64,000 nt of DNA, from NCBI GenBank assembly GCA_004297215.1, contig SCUM01000001.1, positions 612,275-676,274 of the forward strand, written 5' to 3'. This DNA comes from Patescibacteria group bacterium (GTDB taxonomy: Bacteria; Patescibacteriota; Patescibacteriia; UBA9934; GWF2-40-263). A program made the position numbers and the translations under genes. Shown here in pieces: positions 48,179 to 58,002 of the stretch. The notes below the pieces were generated by a model. That model did no database searches and had not been told where the DNA came from. It was given only the letters and a program-made list of their open reading frames with translations. How positions within the stretch are numbered: the first letter of the stretch is position 1; every line of letters starts with the position of its first letter.

Positions 48179-51076
48179 ATGAAGCTCCCCAAGCTCAAGC
48201 TCTCCAAGGGGGCTTGGCAGAACATCCTGCTCGTCGTTTCCCTGCTCGTGATGGGCGGCTCCCTGTTCACGCTCGGGCTGTTCGCGTTCGTTTCCCGCGA
48301 CCTGCCGGACCCGAAACAGCTCACGGAGCGCACCATTCCCGAGACCACTAAGATCTACGACCGCACGGGGGAGCATCTCCTGTACGCCATCTTCAATAAG
48401 GAGAACCGCACGCTCGTGAAGGTGCAGAAGGAGTTCTGTAATCCTGAGGCAGACATCGAGAAGGATGAAAAGGGAATTCCGCCCTTTGCGGTGCAAGCGA
48501 CCATCGCGGCCGAGGACCGTTCCTTTTGCACGCACGGCGGGTTCAGCTTCAAGGGGCTGTTGCGCGCGCTCGTGTTCGGCGGATCGCGCGGCGGCGGCTC
48601 CACGCTCACCCAGCAGCTCGTGAAGAACGCGATCTTGAGCAACGAACGCACGCTCACGCGCAAGGCCAAGGAGCTCATCCTCTCGCTCGAGCTCGAACGC
48701 CGCTATGAGAAGGACGAGATCCTCCAGATCTACTTCAACGAGATCCCCTACGGCTCCACCTACTACGGCATCGAGGCCGCGAGCCAGAACTTCTTCGGGC
48801 GCCACGTGAGCGACCTCACGCTCGCACAGGCCGCGACCCTCGCCGCCCTCCCGCAAGTGCCCACCTTCTACATCAACAACCCAGACCGGCTCCGCGTGCG
48901 CCGCGACTGGATCCTCGCAAGCATGGCGGAACTCGGGTTCATCACGACGGAAGAGGCCGAGGAGGCGAAGAAGACGGATACGCCGCTCAACGACCGCGTG
49001 AGCAACATCTCAGCCCCGCACTTCGTGTTCTACGTGAAGGAACAGTTGGAGGCGAAATACGGGCAGCGCCAGGTGGAGGAAGGGGGCCTTAAGGTGATCA
49101 CGACCCTTGATTACGACAAGCAGATGATCGCCGAGGAGGAGGTGAAGCGCGGGGTGGAGGAGCGAGGCGAGCAATATGCCTTCAATAACGCCGCACTCGT
49201 CGCGGAGGATCCCAGGACCGGGCAGATCCTCGCCATGGTGGGCTCCAAGGATTACTTCGACGACGAGATCCACGGCAAGGTGAACGTCACCACGCGAGCG
49301 CGTCAGCCGGGATCGAGCTTCAAGCCCATCGTGTACGCCAAGGGGTTCGAGCTCGGATATACGCCAAGCACGGTGCTTTGGGACGTGAACACCGTCTTCC
49401 CATCCACGACCGGCGCCTACAACCCGCATAACTACGACCTGAGCGAACGCGGACCTATCCGCGTGCGCGAGGCCTTGCAAGGGTCGCTCAACGTCCCGGC
49501 CGTGAAGCTGACCTATCTGGTCGGGGTGCCGCGCGCGCTCGATTTCGCCGAGACGCTTGGCTACACCACCTTCGAGGACCGCTCGCGGTTCGGGCTCTCC
49601 ATCGTGCTCGGCGGGGCCGAGGTGAAGCTCGTGGAGCACGTGGGCGCCTATGCCGCGTTCGCCGCCGACGGGATCCGTATGCCGCAGGCATCCATCCTTA
49701 AGGTGGAAGACGCGCACGGGACCGTCCTCGAGGAATGGAAGCCGCCTGAAGGGGAGAAGGTGATGGAACCAAACGTGGCGCGCACGCTCACGAACGTGCT
49801 GTCGGATAACGCCGCGCGCGCGTACGTCTTCGGCGCGAATAATGCGCTCACGCTCGGCACCCGCCCGGCAGCCGCGAAAACCGGCACCACCAACGACTAC
49901 CACGACGGGTGGACCATCGGCTATGTCCCGTCACTCGCTGCCGGCGTGTGGACCGGGAACGCGGACAACGCCGCGATGAAGAAGGGGGCGGATGGGAGTA
50001 AGATCGCGGCGCCCATCTGGAACGCGTTCATGAAGCGGGCGCTCGACGCGACGCCGGTGGAGACGTTCATGGGCCCCGTCCTGAATCCGACGGGCAAACG
50101 CATCCTCGATGGCGAGCTCGGCGGCACCACGGTCACCGTCGATAAGGCCACAGGCAAGCTCGCGACGGAATTCACCCCTCCCTCCATGCGTGAGGAACGC
50201 ACGTTCGCTGAATATCACGACATCCTCCATTACGTGGACCGTGCCGACCCGCTCGGCCCGATCCCGGCGGACCCGGGGAGGGACGCCCAATATGCGGCCT
50301 GGGAAGCGGGCGTGGCTGACTGGCTCGCGCGCAAGGAAATCGAGACGGGGATAAAGGTCACCAATGCCGCGCCCCCCACGGAATACGACGACGTACACGT
50401 GCCAGGCAACTTCCCGAGCGTCACCATAGAATCACCAGGAAACGGCAGTGAGATCTCTTCACGCTCGATCGACGTGGCCGTGAACGCGTTCGCTCCGCGC
50501 GGCGTGCGTCGGGTCGAGTTCTATCTCGATGGATTTTTCCTCGGCTCCGACGAATCCGAGCCGTTCTCCTTGCATGCGTCGCTCCCTAGCACGGTCGGCC
50601 GAGGATTCCACACGCTTAAGGCTGTAGCCTTTGATGATGTGGAAAACAGCGGCTCTGACACGGTTGGCGTGCACGTTACCAGCGATGCCGAGGTCGGCGG
50701 ATTCGATTTGTTGGACCCGAAGAACGGCCAAACGATCGAAAAAACCAGCTCCTCCTTCCCTGTAGCCGTCACATTGCAGGATCCGGGCGACTACAGCTCG
50801 GTCACGGTCACGGCCAAGCCGTCCGGCGCGGGTTCGCCACAGCCGGTCGGGACGAAGACCTTCCCCTCTTCCCCGTTCATCACCTTCGATTGGACCCTTC
50901 CCGCCGACGGGGATTGGATCCTCACTGCCTCGGCCGTCCGCACCCGTGATGGCGCGCGCATGGACACGGCCGGCATCGTGGTGCATGTCACCACCCCGTC
51001 AGGAACCGCCATCCCGACACCCTTGGACGGCACCCCGCCCCCATCGCAAAACGATTTGAATCCGTTCAAGACATGA
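48179..51076 (+). CDS. class A penicillin-binding protein (PBP1A: glycosyltransferase plus transpeptidase) with C-terminal Ig-like extension
   Basis: TM anchor. GT51 motifs (EDRSFCTHGGF, GGSTLTQQLVKN, RKAKE). Transpeptidase SSFKP, SLN and KTGTT motifs. About 300-aa C-terminal beta-rich extension. Confidence 0.85.
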   Translation: MKLPKLKLSKGAWQNILLVVSLLVMGGSLFTLGLFAFVSRDLPDPKQLTERTIPETTKIYDRTGEHLLYAIFNKENRTLVKVQKEFCNPEADIEKDEKGIPPFAVQATIAAEDRSFCTHGGFSFKGLLRALVFGGSRGGGSTLTQQLVKNAILSNERTLTRKAKELILSLELERRYEKDEILQIYFNEIPYGSTYYGIEAASQNFFGRHVSDLTLAQAATLAALPQVPTFYINNPDRLRVRRDWILASMAELGFITTEEAEEAKKTDTPLNDRVSNISAPHFVFYVKEQLEAKYGQRQVEEGGLKVITTLDYDKQMIAEEEVKRGVEERGEQYAFNNAALVAEDPRTGQILAMVGSKDYFDDEIHGKVNVTTRARQPGSSFKPIVYAKGFELGYTPSTVLWDVNTVFPSTTGAYNPHNYDLSERGPIRVREALQGSLNVPAVKLTYLVGVPRALDFAETLGYTTFEDRSRFGLSIVLGGAEVKLVEHVGAYAAFAADGIRMPQASILKVEDAHGTVLEEWKPPEGEKVMEPNVARTLTNVLSDNAARAYVFGANNALTLGTRPAAAKTGTTNDYHDGWTIGYVPSLAAGVWTGNADNAAMKKGADGSKIAAPIWNAFMKRALDATPVETFMGPVLNPTGKRILDGELGGTTVTVDKATGKLATEFTPPSMREERTFAEYHDILHYVDRADPLGPIPADPGRDAQYAAWEAGVADWLARKEIETGIKVTNAAPPTEYDDVHVPGNFPSVTIESPGNGSEISSRSIDVAVNAFAPRGVRRVEFYLDGFFLGSDESEPFSLHASLPSTVGRGFHTLKAVAFDDVENSGSDTVGVHVTSDAEVGGFDLLDPKNGQTIEKTSSSFPVAVTLQDPGDYSSVTVTAKPSGAGSPQPVGTKTFPSSPFITFDWTLPADGDWILTASAVRTRDGARMDTAGIVVHVTTPSGTAIPTPLDGTPPPSQNDLNPFKT

Positions 51077-51108
51077 AACGAAGAACGGGCCGTACGGCCC
51101 GTTTTCTT

Positions 51109-52245
51109 TTACTGTTTGATCGGCATCACGATATAGAGGTAGCCGGTCCCTTCTGATGGGGAAATGACACAAGGGTTGCCACCGTCGATCATCTTGAACG
51201 ACACCCTATCGCCACCCATCGCGTTGAGGCCGTCGAGAAGGTAACGGTAGTTCACCGTGACGTTGTTGTCGGAGCCGGTCGCCTCCGCCCCGCACTCGGC
51301 CGTATTGTCGCCGCGCGCGGCATCAGTCGCCTTCACCCGAAGTTTCTTTTCGTTCACGTCGAATTCAAGCGTCACGTCGAAAAGGCCCGTCCGCGAGAAG
51401 AGGCTTGCGGTCTTCACCGCTTTCACCATGTCGTCACGATCCAGCAAGGATTGCGTTTGGAACGATTTGGGAATGATCTGCCGATAATCCGGATAATGTC
51501 CCTCAATGAGGCGGGAAACGAGCTCAACCGTCCCGTAATCGAATGCCGCTTGGTTGTCGGAAAGCTTGAGGGAGATTTCCGCTGGGGAATCCACCTCGTC
51601 CTTGAACACGGATAGTATTCGGTTCACTTCGGAAAGGGTCCTTGCGGGAATGATGACCGTCTCCTCCGTTTCGACGGATCCCGCCGGGAGAGGGACGACG
51701 GCTTCCGCAAGACGGTATGAGTCGGTGGCCGCAAGCGTCATGGTCGAGTTTGTCCCGCTGTTGCCGAAACGGATGCACACCCCGGCAAGCTCGGGCCTGG
51801 ACTCGTTCGTGGCCACCGCGAACAAAACTTGGGAGAGGGCCGAGCGGAACGAGGCGACGGGGATGCGATACGAACGACTCGCCGTGACCTCTGGAACGAG
51901 CGGAAATTCCGAAGCGGGGAGTCCGTTCATCCGTGTCTTGTTTCCTGCGCATGAGACGGACATGCTCGTCCCCGCCTCCTCCACCGTCACGGTCTCGTTC
52001 GGAAGGAGGGATACGTAATCGAAGAAGAGCTTGGAGGGGACGGTAAACTCCCCTGGAACCTCTACCTTGCCACGCACTGAGCACGACACGGCTATTTCCA
52101 AATTCGTCGTCGTGAACCGTATCGCCCCGCCGTCCGCTTTCACCAGCACGTTCTGCAGGACGGGTAGGTTCACGTTCTTCGATGTGATGTGACTCGTGAT
52201 GGACAACCCTTGATGCAGGTTCTCCCTAGTACAGGATAATTTCAT
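51109..52245 (-). CDS. dnaN: DNA polymerase III beta sliding clamp
   Basis: MKLSCTRENL start with a GGGGG RBS. Three-domain clamp, 378 aa. Located directly downstream of dnaA. Confidence 0.85.
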   Translation of the reverse strand: MKLSCTRENLHQGLSITSHITSKNVNLPVLQNVLVKADGGAIRFTTTNLEIAVSCSVRGKVEVPGEFTVPSKLFFDYVSLLPNETVTVEEAGTSMSVSCAGNKTRMNGLPASEFPLVPEVTASRSYRIPVASFRSALSQVLFAVATNESRPELAGVCIRFGNSGTNSTMTLAATDSYRLAEAVVPLPAGSVETEETVIIPARTLSEVNRILSVFKDEVDSPAEISLKLSDNQAAFDYGTVELVSRLIEGHYPDYRQIIPKSFQTQSLLDRDDMVKAVKTASLFSRTGLFDVTLEFDVNEKKLRVKATDAARGDNTAECGAEATGSDNNVTVNYRYLLDGLNAMGGDRVSFKMIDGGNPCVISPSEGTGYLYIVMPIKQ

Positions 52246-52546
52246 ATCGATTCCCCCCTTCCTTGTCACCCCGTTATCTATTATTAGATAGATAGAGTAT
52301 GAGACTCACGAAGATAGTAAGGGGTGTGGACGGGGTGGATAGATAAGGAATAGGCTTAATATTCGCGAAAAAACAGTTGTAAGGAATGTGCATGGACCAC
52401 CCCTTTGTCTTGAGGATGATCGGAGGATGGAAGATGAGATGGAATTCCCTTTCCGATCATCCCCCTTTTCCCCACACGCGCGTCCGCAAGGCATCTCACC
52501 CTCTATCCTCCGGTTATCGACTTGTGGATAGAGGTGGATAAGCTGT
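52246..52546. promoter_or_regulatory. oriC-like dnaA-dnaN intergenic region with DnaA boxes and A/T-rich element
   Basis: TGTGGATAG (52523-52531), GTGGATAAG (52534-52542), TTATCGAC and GGTGGATAGATAAGG (about 52333). A/T-rich TTATCTATTATTAGATAGATAGAG element at about 52275. Confidence 0.5.
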
Positions 52547-53944
52547 TTAAAGCGCGTACAGCCGTTGTTTGATGATTTCCAGGTCATGTTGAAGCTTTTC
52601 GTCCTCATTCAGGCAGTTCAGGATCTTGTCGTAGGCATGCATGGCCGTGGTGTGGTCTCGGCCGCCGAGTTCGGATCCGATGGCTGGATAGCTTGCCTTC
52701 ATTTCCTCACGGAGGAGATACATGATGATCTGGCGAGGAAAGGCGAGGCGTTTTTCCCGGCTCTTTCCCAAGAGCTCATCGACGGGCAGGTCGAAGTACG
52801 TGGCGACCGTGGTGAGCACCTGGCGCGCGGTGAGCGTCTTCTTGTTCGTGGTCGGGTTGAAGCTCGTGAGGATGGGGCGGACGCTTTCCACGGTCGGGGG
52901 GATGTTCTTGAACTGGTGGAAGGCGATGACCTTGTTAAGCGCTCCCTCCAACTCACGCACGTTCGTCTGAACCACGGTGGCGACGTGGTTGAGGATGTCG
53001 TGGTCGAGAGCGTAGTTTTTTTCGCGACACTTAGCCCATAAAATGGCCACACGCGTCTCAAAATCAGGACTTCCCACATCGGCCATCATCCCGCATTCGA
53101 ACCGTGAGATGAGGCGCTGTTCGAGCTCTGGGATGGCCTTCGGCGGCCGGTCCGAGGTGATCACGATCTGCTTATTGTTTTGATAAAGCTGGTTGAACGT
53201 GTGGAAAAACTCCTCTTGCGTTTCCTTCTTTCCCTTAAGGAATTGGATGTCATCGATGAGCAGGAGGTCCACGTTGCGGTAGCGAGACTTGAATTCCTTC
53301 ATCTGGTTGCCGCGCAACGCCCCGATGTAGTCGTTCGTGAACCGCTCGCAGGTGACGTAGAGGACGTTGAGGCTTGGGGTCTTGCGTACCAGGTCATTCC
53401 CGACCGCTTGGAGGAGGTGCGTCTTGCCGAGCCCGACGCCGCCATAGATGAACAATGGGTTATAGACCCCGCCCGGCTGGGCCGCGACGGCTTGGGCGGC
53501 CGCATGGGCGAGCTCGTTCTGCTTCCCTACGATGAAGGTCGCGAACGCATACTTCCCGTTCAAGGTGAATTCCCCATTTTGCGGCTGGGCATGGGACGTT
53601 TCGACCTGGAATGGCATGGCATCGGCCTGGATCGGATGGTCGAGGGCAGGTTCAGAGGCAGGGGATGAAACCAGGGCGCCAGCCGCAGCAGGAATCTTGG
53701 AGTCCACCCGATAACTTATGATCCGGACCGTGTGGTTGGTGAGATTTTGCAAGGAGTTCATGATCTCCTTGTGATATTTTTTCTCAAGCCACGCCTTCGT
53801 GAACGCGTTCGGGACCCCGATGCACACCTCGTTTCCCGCATGGGAAGCGATGAACGTGTTACGAAACCATGTCGTGAAATTCGCCTTGCTTAGCGATAAC
53901 TCAAGCTCCCCTAATACAGCATGCCACAACTCATGAGTCGTCAT
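52547..53944 (-). CDS. dnaA: chromosomal replication initiator protein DnaA
   Basis: AAA+ Walker A GGVGLGKTHLL, Walker B LLLIDDIQFL, sensor motifs, and C-terminal DNA-binding helix-turn-helix (AIGSELGGRDHTTAMHAYDKI). Start at MTTHELW (53944). Confidence 0.9.
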   Translation of the reverse strand: MTTHELWHAVLGELELSLSKANFTTWFRNTFIASHAGNEVCIGVPNAFTKAWLEKKYHKEIMNSLQNLTNHTVRIISYRVDSKIPAAAGALVSSPASEPALDHPIQADAMPFQVETSHAQPQNGEFTLNGKYAFATFIVGKQNELAHAAAQAVAAQPGGVYNPLFIYGGVGLGKTHLLQAVGNDLVRKTPSLNVLYVTCERFTNDYIGALRGNQMKEFKSRYRNVDLLLIDDIQFLKGKKETQEEFFHTFNQLYQNNKQIVITSDRPPKAIPELEQRLISRFECGMMADVGSPDFETRVAILWAKCREKNYALDHDILNHVATVVQTNVRELEGALNKVIAFHQFKNIPPTVESVRPILTSFNPTTNKKTLTARQVLTTVATYFDLPVDELLGKSREKRLAFPRQIIMYLLREEMKASYPAIGSELGGRDHTTAMHAYDKILNCLNEDEKLQHDLEIIKQRLYAL

Positions 53945-53994
53945 ACCATCAACGGGACATTCCTCCTTAAATCCATTGAGTGACAGGTAGTGTA

Positions 53995-54050
53995 GTCCAG
54001 ATATCCACAACGGGGCAAGTGTGTGGATAGGGGGGGAAACAGTTGATAAG
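53995..54050. promoter_or_regulatory. DnaA-box cluster upstream of dnaA / between dnaA and rpmH
   Basis: ATATCCACA (54001-54009) and TGTGGATAG (54022-54030), matching the TTATCCACA consensus at 8/9 positions. Confidence 0.45.
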
Positions 54051-54080
54051 TTGGGGATGGGGTGCTAGGATGGCCGTGCT

Positions 54081-54233
54081 ATGAAACGAACGTTCCAACC
54101 CAAGAAAGCGCGCGCCGGAAAGGTGCATGGCTTCCGCGTCCGCTCCCGTTCAAGGAGCGGCCGGGCGGTCCTTGCCCGCCGCCGCGCGGTCGGACGCAAG
54201 CGTGTGTCCGTGCAGAGGAAAAAGCTCAAATGA
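54081..54233 (+). CDS. rpmH: 50S ribosomal protein L34
   Basis: [50 protein letters not shown]. Missed by the >=60-aa ORF track. Confidence 0.9.
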   Translation: MKRTFQPKKARAGKVHGFRVRSRSRSGRAVLARRRAVGRKRVSVQRKKLK

Positions 54234-54291
54234 TCCTGCCTAAGGCAGGATCATCCTGAGCCCCGACATTACGTCGGGACGAAAGGATCCT

Positions 54292-54630
54292 ATGTTGCCC
54301 GCGCAGAACCGCTTGCGGCATGAGAAGGATATCAAAGCACTCTTCTCCGAAGGGAAGGGTGTTTTTGATGCCCTCTGCGGATTGAAGTATCGCAAGAACG
54401 GGCTTGGGTCCTCTCGTTTCGCGGTGGTGGTCGGGACAAAAGTCTCGAAGAACGCCGTGGATCGCAATCGGGTGCGACGACGCATCCGTTCCGTGCTGGA
54501 AGCGCGCCTCGCTCTCATAAAGCCGGGATTTGACGTCGCCTTCCTTACCCGCCCGGGGGTCACGAAGAAGGATTTTGCGGCCATTGAGGCAGCGGTCGTG
54601 AGTTCACTCAAGCGCGCCAAGCTTTTGTGA
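54292..54630 (+). CDS. rnpA: ribonuclease P protein component
   Basis: 112 aa, basic, with RNR motif region (KNAVDRNRVRRRIRS). Classic position after rpmH. Confidence 0.85.
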   Translation: MLPAQNRLRHEKDIKALFSEGKGVFDALCGLKYRKNGLGSSRFAVVVGTKVSKNAVDRNRVRRRIRSVLEARLALIKPGFDVAFLTRPGVTKKDFAAIEAAVVSSLKRAKLL

Positions 54631-54632
54631 GG

Positions 54633-54863
54633 ATGATCGCCTTGGGAGCCATACGCCTGTACCAAATGACCCTCTCTCCGGATCATGGGCCGTTGCGTTT
54701 CCTCCATCCGAACGGATTTTGTCGGTTTCATCCTACGTGCTCGAGCTATGCGTTTGAGGCGGTCGAACGATTTGGTACAGGAAAGGGCCTGTGGTTGGCC
54801 ATGAAACGCCTCTTACGCTGCCACCCTTGGTCACCTGGAGGCATCGACGAGGTTCCGAAATAA
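54633..54863 (+). CDS. yidD: membrane protein insertion efficiency factor YidD
   Basis: AIRLYQMTLSP...CRFHPTCSSYAFEA conserved YidD motif. ATG 54633 with GAGG RBS. Confidence 0.8.
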   Translation: MIALGAIRLYQMTLSPDHGPLRFLHPNGFCRFHPTCSSYAFEAVERFGTGKGLWLAMKRLLRCHPWSPGGIDEVPK

Positions 54864-54869
54864 AACGGC

Positions 54870-55118
54870 CTAGACAGGCCGATTTTTATAAACTTCATCA
54901 GGGATTTCCACCTGTTTTAGCCGCGTTCCGGCCCCTCGGACGAGGTTCAAGCGGGACGGAGCTACCCCGAACTCGTCCGCGAGCAGCCGGAGGAGCGCTT
55001 CATTGGCTTTTCCCTTCTCTGGTGGGGCGTTCAGGTCGACTTTTATGGTCGTGTTGTCGAGCCATGACACAATTTTTGTTTCCCGAGCGTTCGGCCGGGC
55101 GTGAACTGTGAGGATCAC
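54870..55118 (-). CDS. DUF167/YggU-family protein
   Basis: 82 aa. GKANEALLRLLA motif typical of UPF0235. GTG start overlapping the upstream stop. Confidence 0.6.
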   Translation of the reverse strand: MILTVHARPNARETKIVSWLDNTTIKVDLNAPPEKGKANEALLRLLADEFGVAPSRLNLVRGAGTRLKQVEIPDEVYKNRPV

Positions 55119-55909
55119 ATGGCTTCCTCCCTCATTTTTCGGATAGTTTCTACCACTTTACGGTGGATGACCCTGTTGCTGGCCACCAAATCGTCCTTCG
55201 TGAGGTCCCAGGGGGTTCCGTCGTAGGTGGTAACCCTTCCCCCGGCCTCTTTCACTAGCAGGACTCCTGCGGCCGTATCCCAAGGCTTGTCCCCCGTGAG
55301 AATGACCGCGTCCGCACGCCCGGCCGCGACGGAGGTGAGCATGATGGTGGCCGACCCTAATCGCCGGAAGTACGGCATGGACAGCTCAAGCGCAGTGACG
55401 ATGTTGCGGTGGACCGCCCGGTCGCGGTTTCGATACCCACGTCCGGCCAGGAACATGGCGCCGTGGGCCACGCTTCGGCGAGTCACGCGGATTCGTTTGC
55501 CGTTCAGGAACGCCCCTTTCCCCCGCTCTGCCGTGAACATCTCATCGTGGATAGGGTCGTAAATCACTGAAAGTTCCGTCACCCGGTCCTTCACGCGGGC
55601 GATGGCAACGGCAAACAGCGGGATGCCGTTGATGTAGTTCGTGGTCCCGTCGAGCGGGTCGATGATCCAGGTGCGGCCGTCCCCGATCTCCATCGGGGCC
55701 CGGTCGGACTCCTCGCTCAAAAGGTGGTCGTCTGGGAACGCCTTGGCAAGACGGCGCAGGATGAGGCGGTTGCTGGCAAGATCCACTTCGGACACCGGCC
55801 CGCCCTTTTCCTTGAACCGGACCCGGTTATCCGGCCTCAAAAAGTGTCGTTTGAGGATCGCACCGGCGTCCCTGGCCGTCTTTACCGCGATGCGAAGCTC
55901 GGGAGACAT
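55115..55909 (-). CDS. inositol monophosphatase family protein (SuhB-like)
   Basis: EESDR...WIIDPLDGTTNY...AAGVLLVKEAGG motifs of the IMPase/FIG superfamily. Confidence 0.75.
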   Translation of the reverse strand: MSPELRIAVKTARDAGAILKRHFLRPDNRVRFKEKGGPVSEVDLASNRLILRRLAKAFPDDHLLSEESDRAPMEIGDGRTWIIDPLDGTTNYINGIPLFAVAIARVKDRVTELSVIYDPIHDEMFTAERGKGAFLNGKRIRVTRRSVAHGAMFLAGRGYRNRDRAVHRNIVTALELSMPYFRRLGSATIMLTSVAAGRADAVILTGDKPWDTAAGVLLVKEAGGRVTTYDGTPWDLTKDDLVASNRVIHRKVVETIRKMREEAM

Positions 55910-55921
55910 AGCCCTCGTACA

Positions 55922-56758
55922 TTACGCCTTGCGGAAACCCTTGAGAAGCCGCAGGTCTTCGCCCACCCCGTCGTCCCACGGGGTCTCGAGGATCAGGTCG
56001 AGATGTTGGATCTTGGGGTGCGAGACAATCGCCTGGAACCCTTTGAGTCCGATCTTTCCTTTTCCGAGGTGCTCGTGGCGGTCCTTGTGGGCCTCGAAAT
56101 CGACCAGGGAGTCGTTGCAATGGGACATCACGAGCCGGTCTAATCCGACCAATTCGTCGAATTGGTCGAATGTGTGGCGAACGGCCTTGGCCGTTCGCAG
56201 GTCGTACCCCGAGGCGAACGCATGCTGCGTGTCGAAGCAGACGCCAATTTCCTTCCCACGCCTAGCCCCGTCCAGAAACGCCGCAATCTCTTCAAACGTG
56301 TCCCCCATCACCATTCCGGCGCCCGCGGAGATTTCGATAAGCAGCTGACAGTCGCCTTCATATCTGTCCATGACGCGATCGATTCCCTCGATGACCATCT
56401 CCAAGCCCTTCTCCTGTCCCACGTCTTTCGCCGAACCGGGATGGAACATCACGGCGCGACACCCAAGCGCGCTGCCACGTTCAAGTTCGTCGCGAATGAT
56501 GCCAACCGATGAGTGTCGGATGCGAGGTTCGGACGAGGCGAGGTTGATGAAGTATGGAGCATGGATGTAAGCCGCCTTCTGCCCATGCTCCTTCATCGCG
56601 TCCTGAAACTTCGCCGAGACCTCCGGCGTGATTGGTGCCGGCTTCCCACCTTGGGGCGGACGGGAAAACATCTGGAACACCTCGCAGCCGAGTTCGGCGG
56701 CGTTCTTTGGTCCGTTCCAAAGGCCGCCTGCTGCGGAAACGTGAGCGCCGAATTTCAT
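55922..56758 (-). CDS. nfo: deoxyribonuclease IV (endonuclease IV, AP endonuclease family 2)
   Basis: MKFGAHVSAAGG start, HAPYFINLAS, ISAGAGMVMGD and HCNDS motifs of the xylose-isomerase-like TIM barrel Nfo. Confidence 0.8.
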   Translation of the reverse strand: MKFGAHVSAAGGLWNGPKNAAELGCEVFQMFSRPPQGGKPAPITPEVSAKFQDAMKEHGQKAAYIHAPYFINLASSEPRIRHSSVGIIRDELERGSALGCRAVMFHPGSAKDVGQEKGLEMVIEGIDRVMDRYEGDCQLLIEISAGAGMVMGDTFEEIAAFLDGARRGKEIGVCFDTQHAFASGYDLRTAKAVRHTFDQFDELVGLDRLVMSHCNDSLVDFEAHKDRHEHLGKGKIGLKGFQAIVSHPKIQHLDLILETPWDDGVGEDLRLLKGFRKA

Positions 56759-56830
56759 AGATTTCAATCCTAACACAACATTTGTTCAAGAAAAGAAAAA
56801 AGGGTGACACCGTCACCCCTTCGATAGTCA

Positions 56831-57820
56831 TCATCCGAGCACACCTGCGAGTCGCCCCTTCCAGCTCTTGGTATGAAAAATACGTGCGACAGACTTGTTT
56901 CGAGCCTCCTTCCACCCAATGCGCCCATTGGCCCAGTCGTGTGCCGTATCCTTGTTTTCCTCGTCAAACACATACAGCGCATGGCCGTAGTTCGGCGAAT
57001 CAACCACAAGGATGCGCTTGCTGTTCTTCAAGCCGGTGAACATGAGTCTTTCGCCGATTCCGACGAAAATGTCCTGTGTCTCGTCGAAGGTCCCTGGATC
57101 GAAACACTGTCCGTCCACGATGCGTCGGATGCGTTTCTGATTGCGCTCAAGCGCCATCTGACGCGCAAGTCGCATTCGGATCAGTTCGATCGTGTTCACA
57201 CCGTCGAAATAACATCCGACGATGCTGTCGAGCAGCAGCGACCAGTTCCGCTCGTGAATCGGCTGGACGAACCGGATTGCCTTGTGGCGCGACCATTCGT
57301 ACGGACGTTCTCGCGGGAAGGTGATATCCCCATTGGTGACATCCCCATTTTCCAGACGGAAGAAGGTATATTCGATTTCCGTCGCCATAATCTTCTCCAC
57401 CTCCGCGACGCATAGGCTGATGAACGGATAAGGAAGGAATGTTCCTTCACGCATCCAGCCATCCTTGATTCGTTCCCAACCATCACGCCCATGATTGTCC
57501 CCGAATTCTCGATCGTAACACCTCCATTCACCGTACGACTCTGAGTCTACGTATCCATTCCTCCACCATTTTATGTATGGCAGGGGTTCGGAAATCATCC
57601 AAAACTCGCGACCGTCATTCAAGGTTCCTTCGATTTGTTCAATCGATGTCGGATACAGGTGTCCCTCAACCGCATGGCCAATGATTTTTCCATCGACCTC
57701 AAGACGGTTGATGTGCCGTCTTCCCTTAACGGCCATCACGGTTCTGACAGGCATTTCCCTCCGACTAAGCGTAGTGATGGCGACATCCCGGACAGGCCGA
57801 ATCTTGACTAGGTGGCGCAT
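56831..57820 (-). CDS. hypothetical Trp-rich protein (329 aa) in lower-GC islet
   Basis: GGAGG RBS. Local GC is visibly lower than the flanks. No family recognised. Confidence 0.5.
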   Translation of the reverse strand: MRHLVKIRPVRDVAITTLSRREMPVRTVMAVKGRRHINRLEVDGKIIGHAVEGHLYPTSIEQIEGTLNDGREFWMISEPLPYIKWWRNGYVDSESYGEWRCYDREFGDNHGRDGWERIKDGWMREGTFLPYPFISLCVAEVEKIMATEIEYTFFRLENGDVTNGDITFPRERPYEWSRHKAIRFVQPIHERNWSLLLDSIVGCYFDGVNTIELIRMRLARQMALERNQKRIRRIVDGQCFDPGTFDETQDIFVGIGERLMFTGLKNSKRILVVDSPNYGHALYVFDEENKDTAHDWANGRIGWKEARNKSVARIFHTKSWKGRLAGVLG

Positions 57821-57981
57821 CTCTTCCTCCGATTGATGTACGGAAAGAATTCCGTTGGTGCGACCGAAGCGATTTTCAATGATCCGGTAAGGATGCTACA
57901 GGAAAATTACGATTTTGTCAATAGATTTACTGTCAGTTTATTATTACAAACTCTCTTACAAAATCAGTAGAATATGCTATA

Positions 57982-58002
57982 CTGTCATTATAGATATGAC
58001 AG
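57982..58002. promoter_or_regulatory. palindromic operator candidate (CTGTCAT-tatagat-ATGACAG) overlapping the TrmB-like gene start
   Basis: Perfect 7-bp inverted repeat centred on an A/T-rich spacer, in the divergent A/T-rich intergenic region. Confidence 0.4.
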
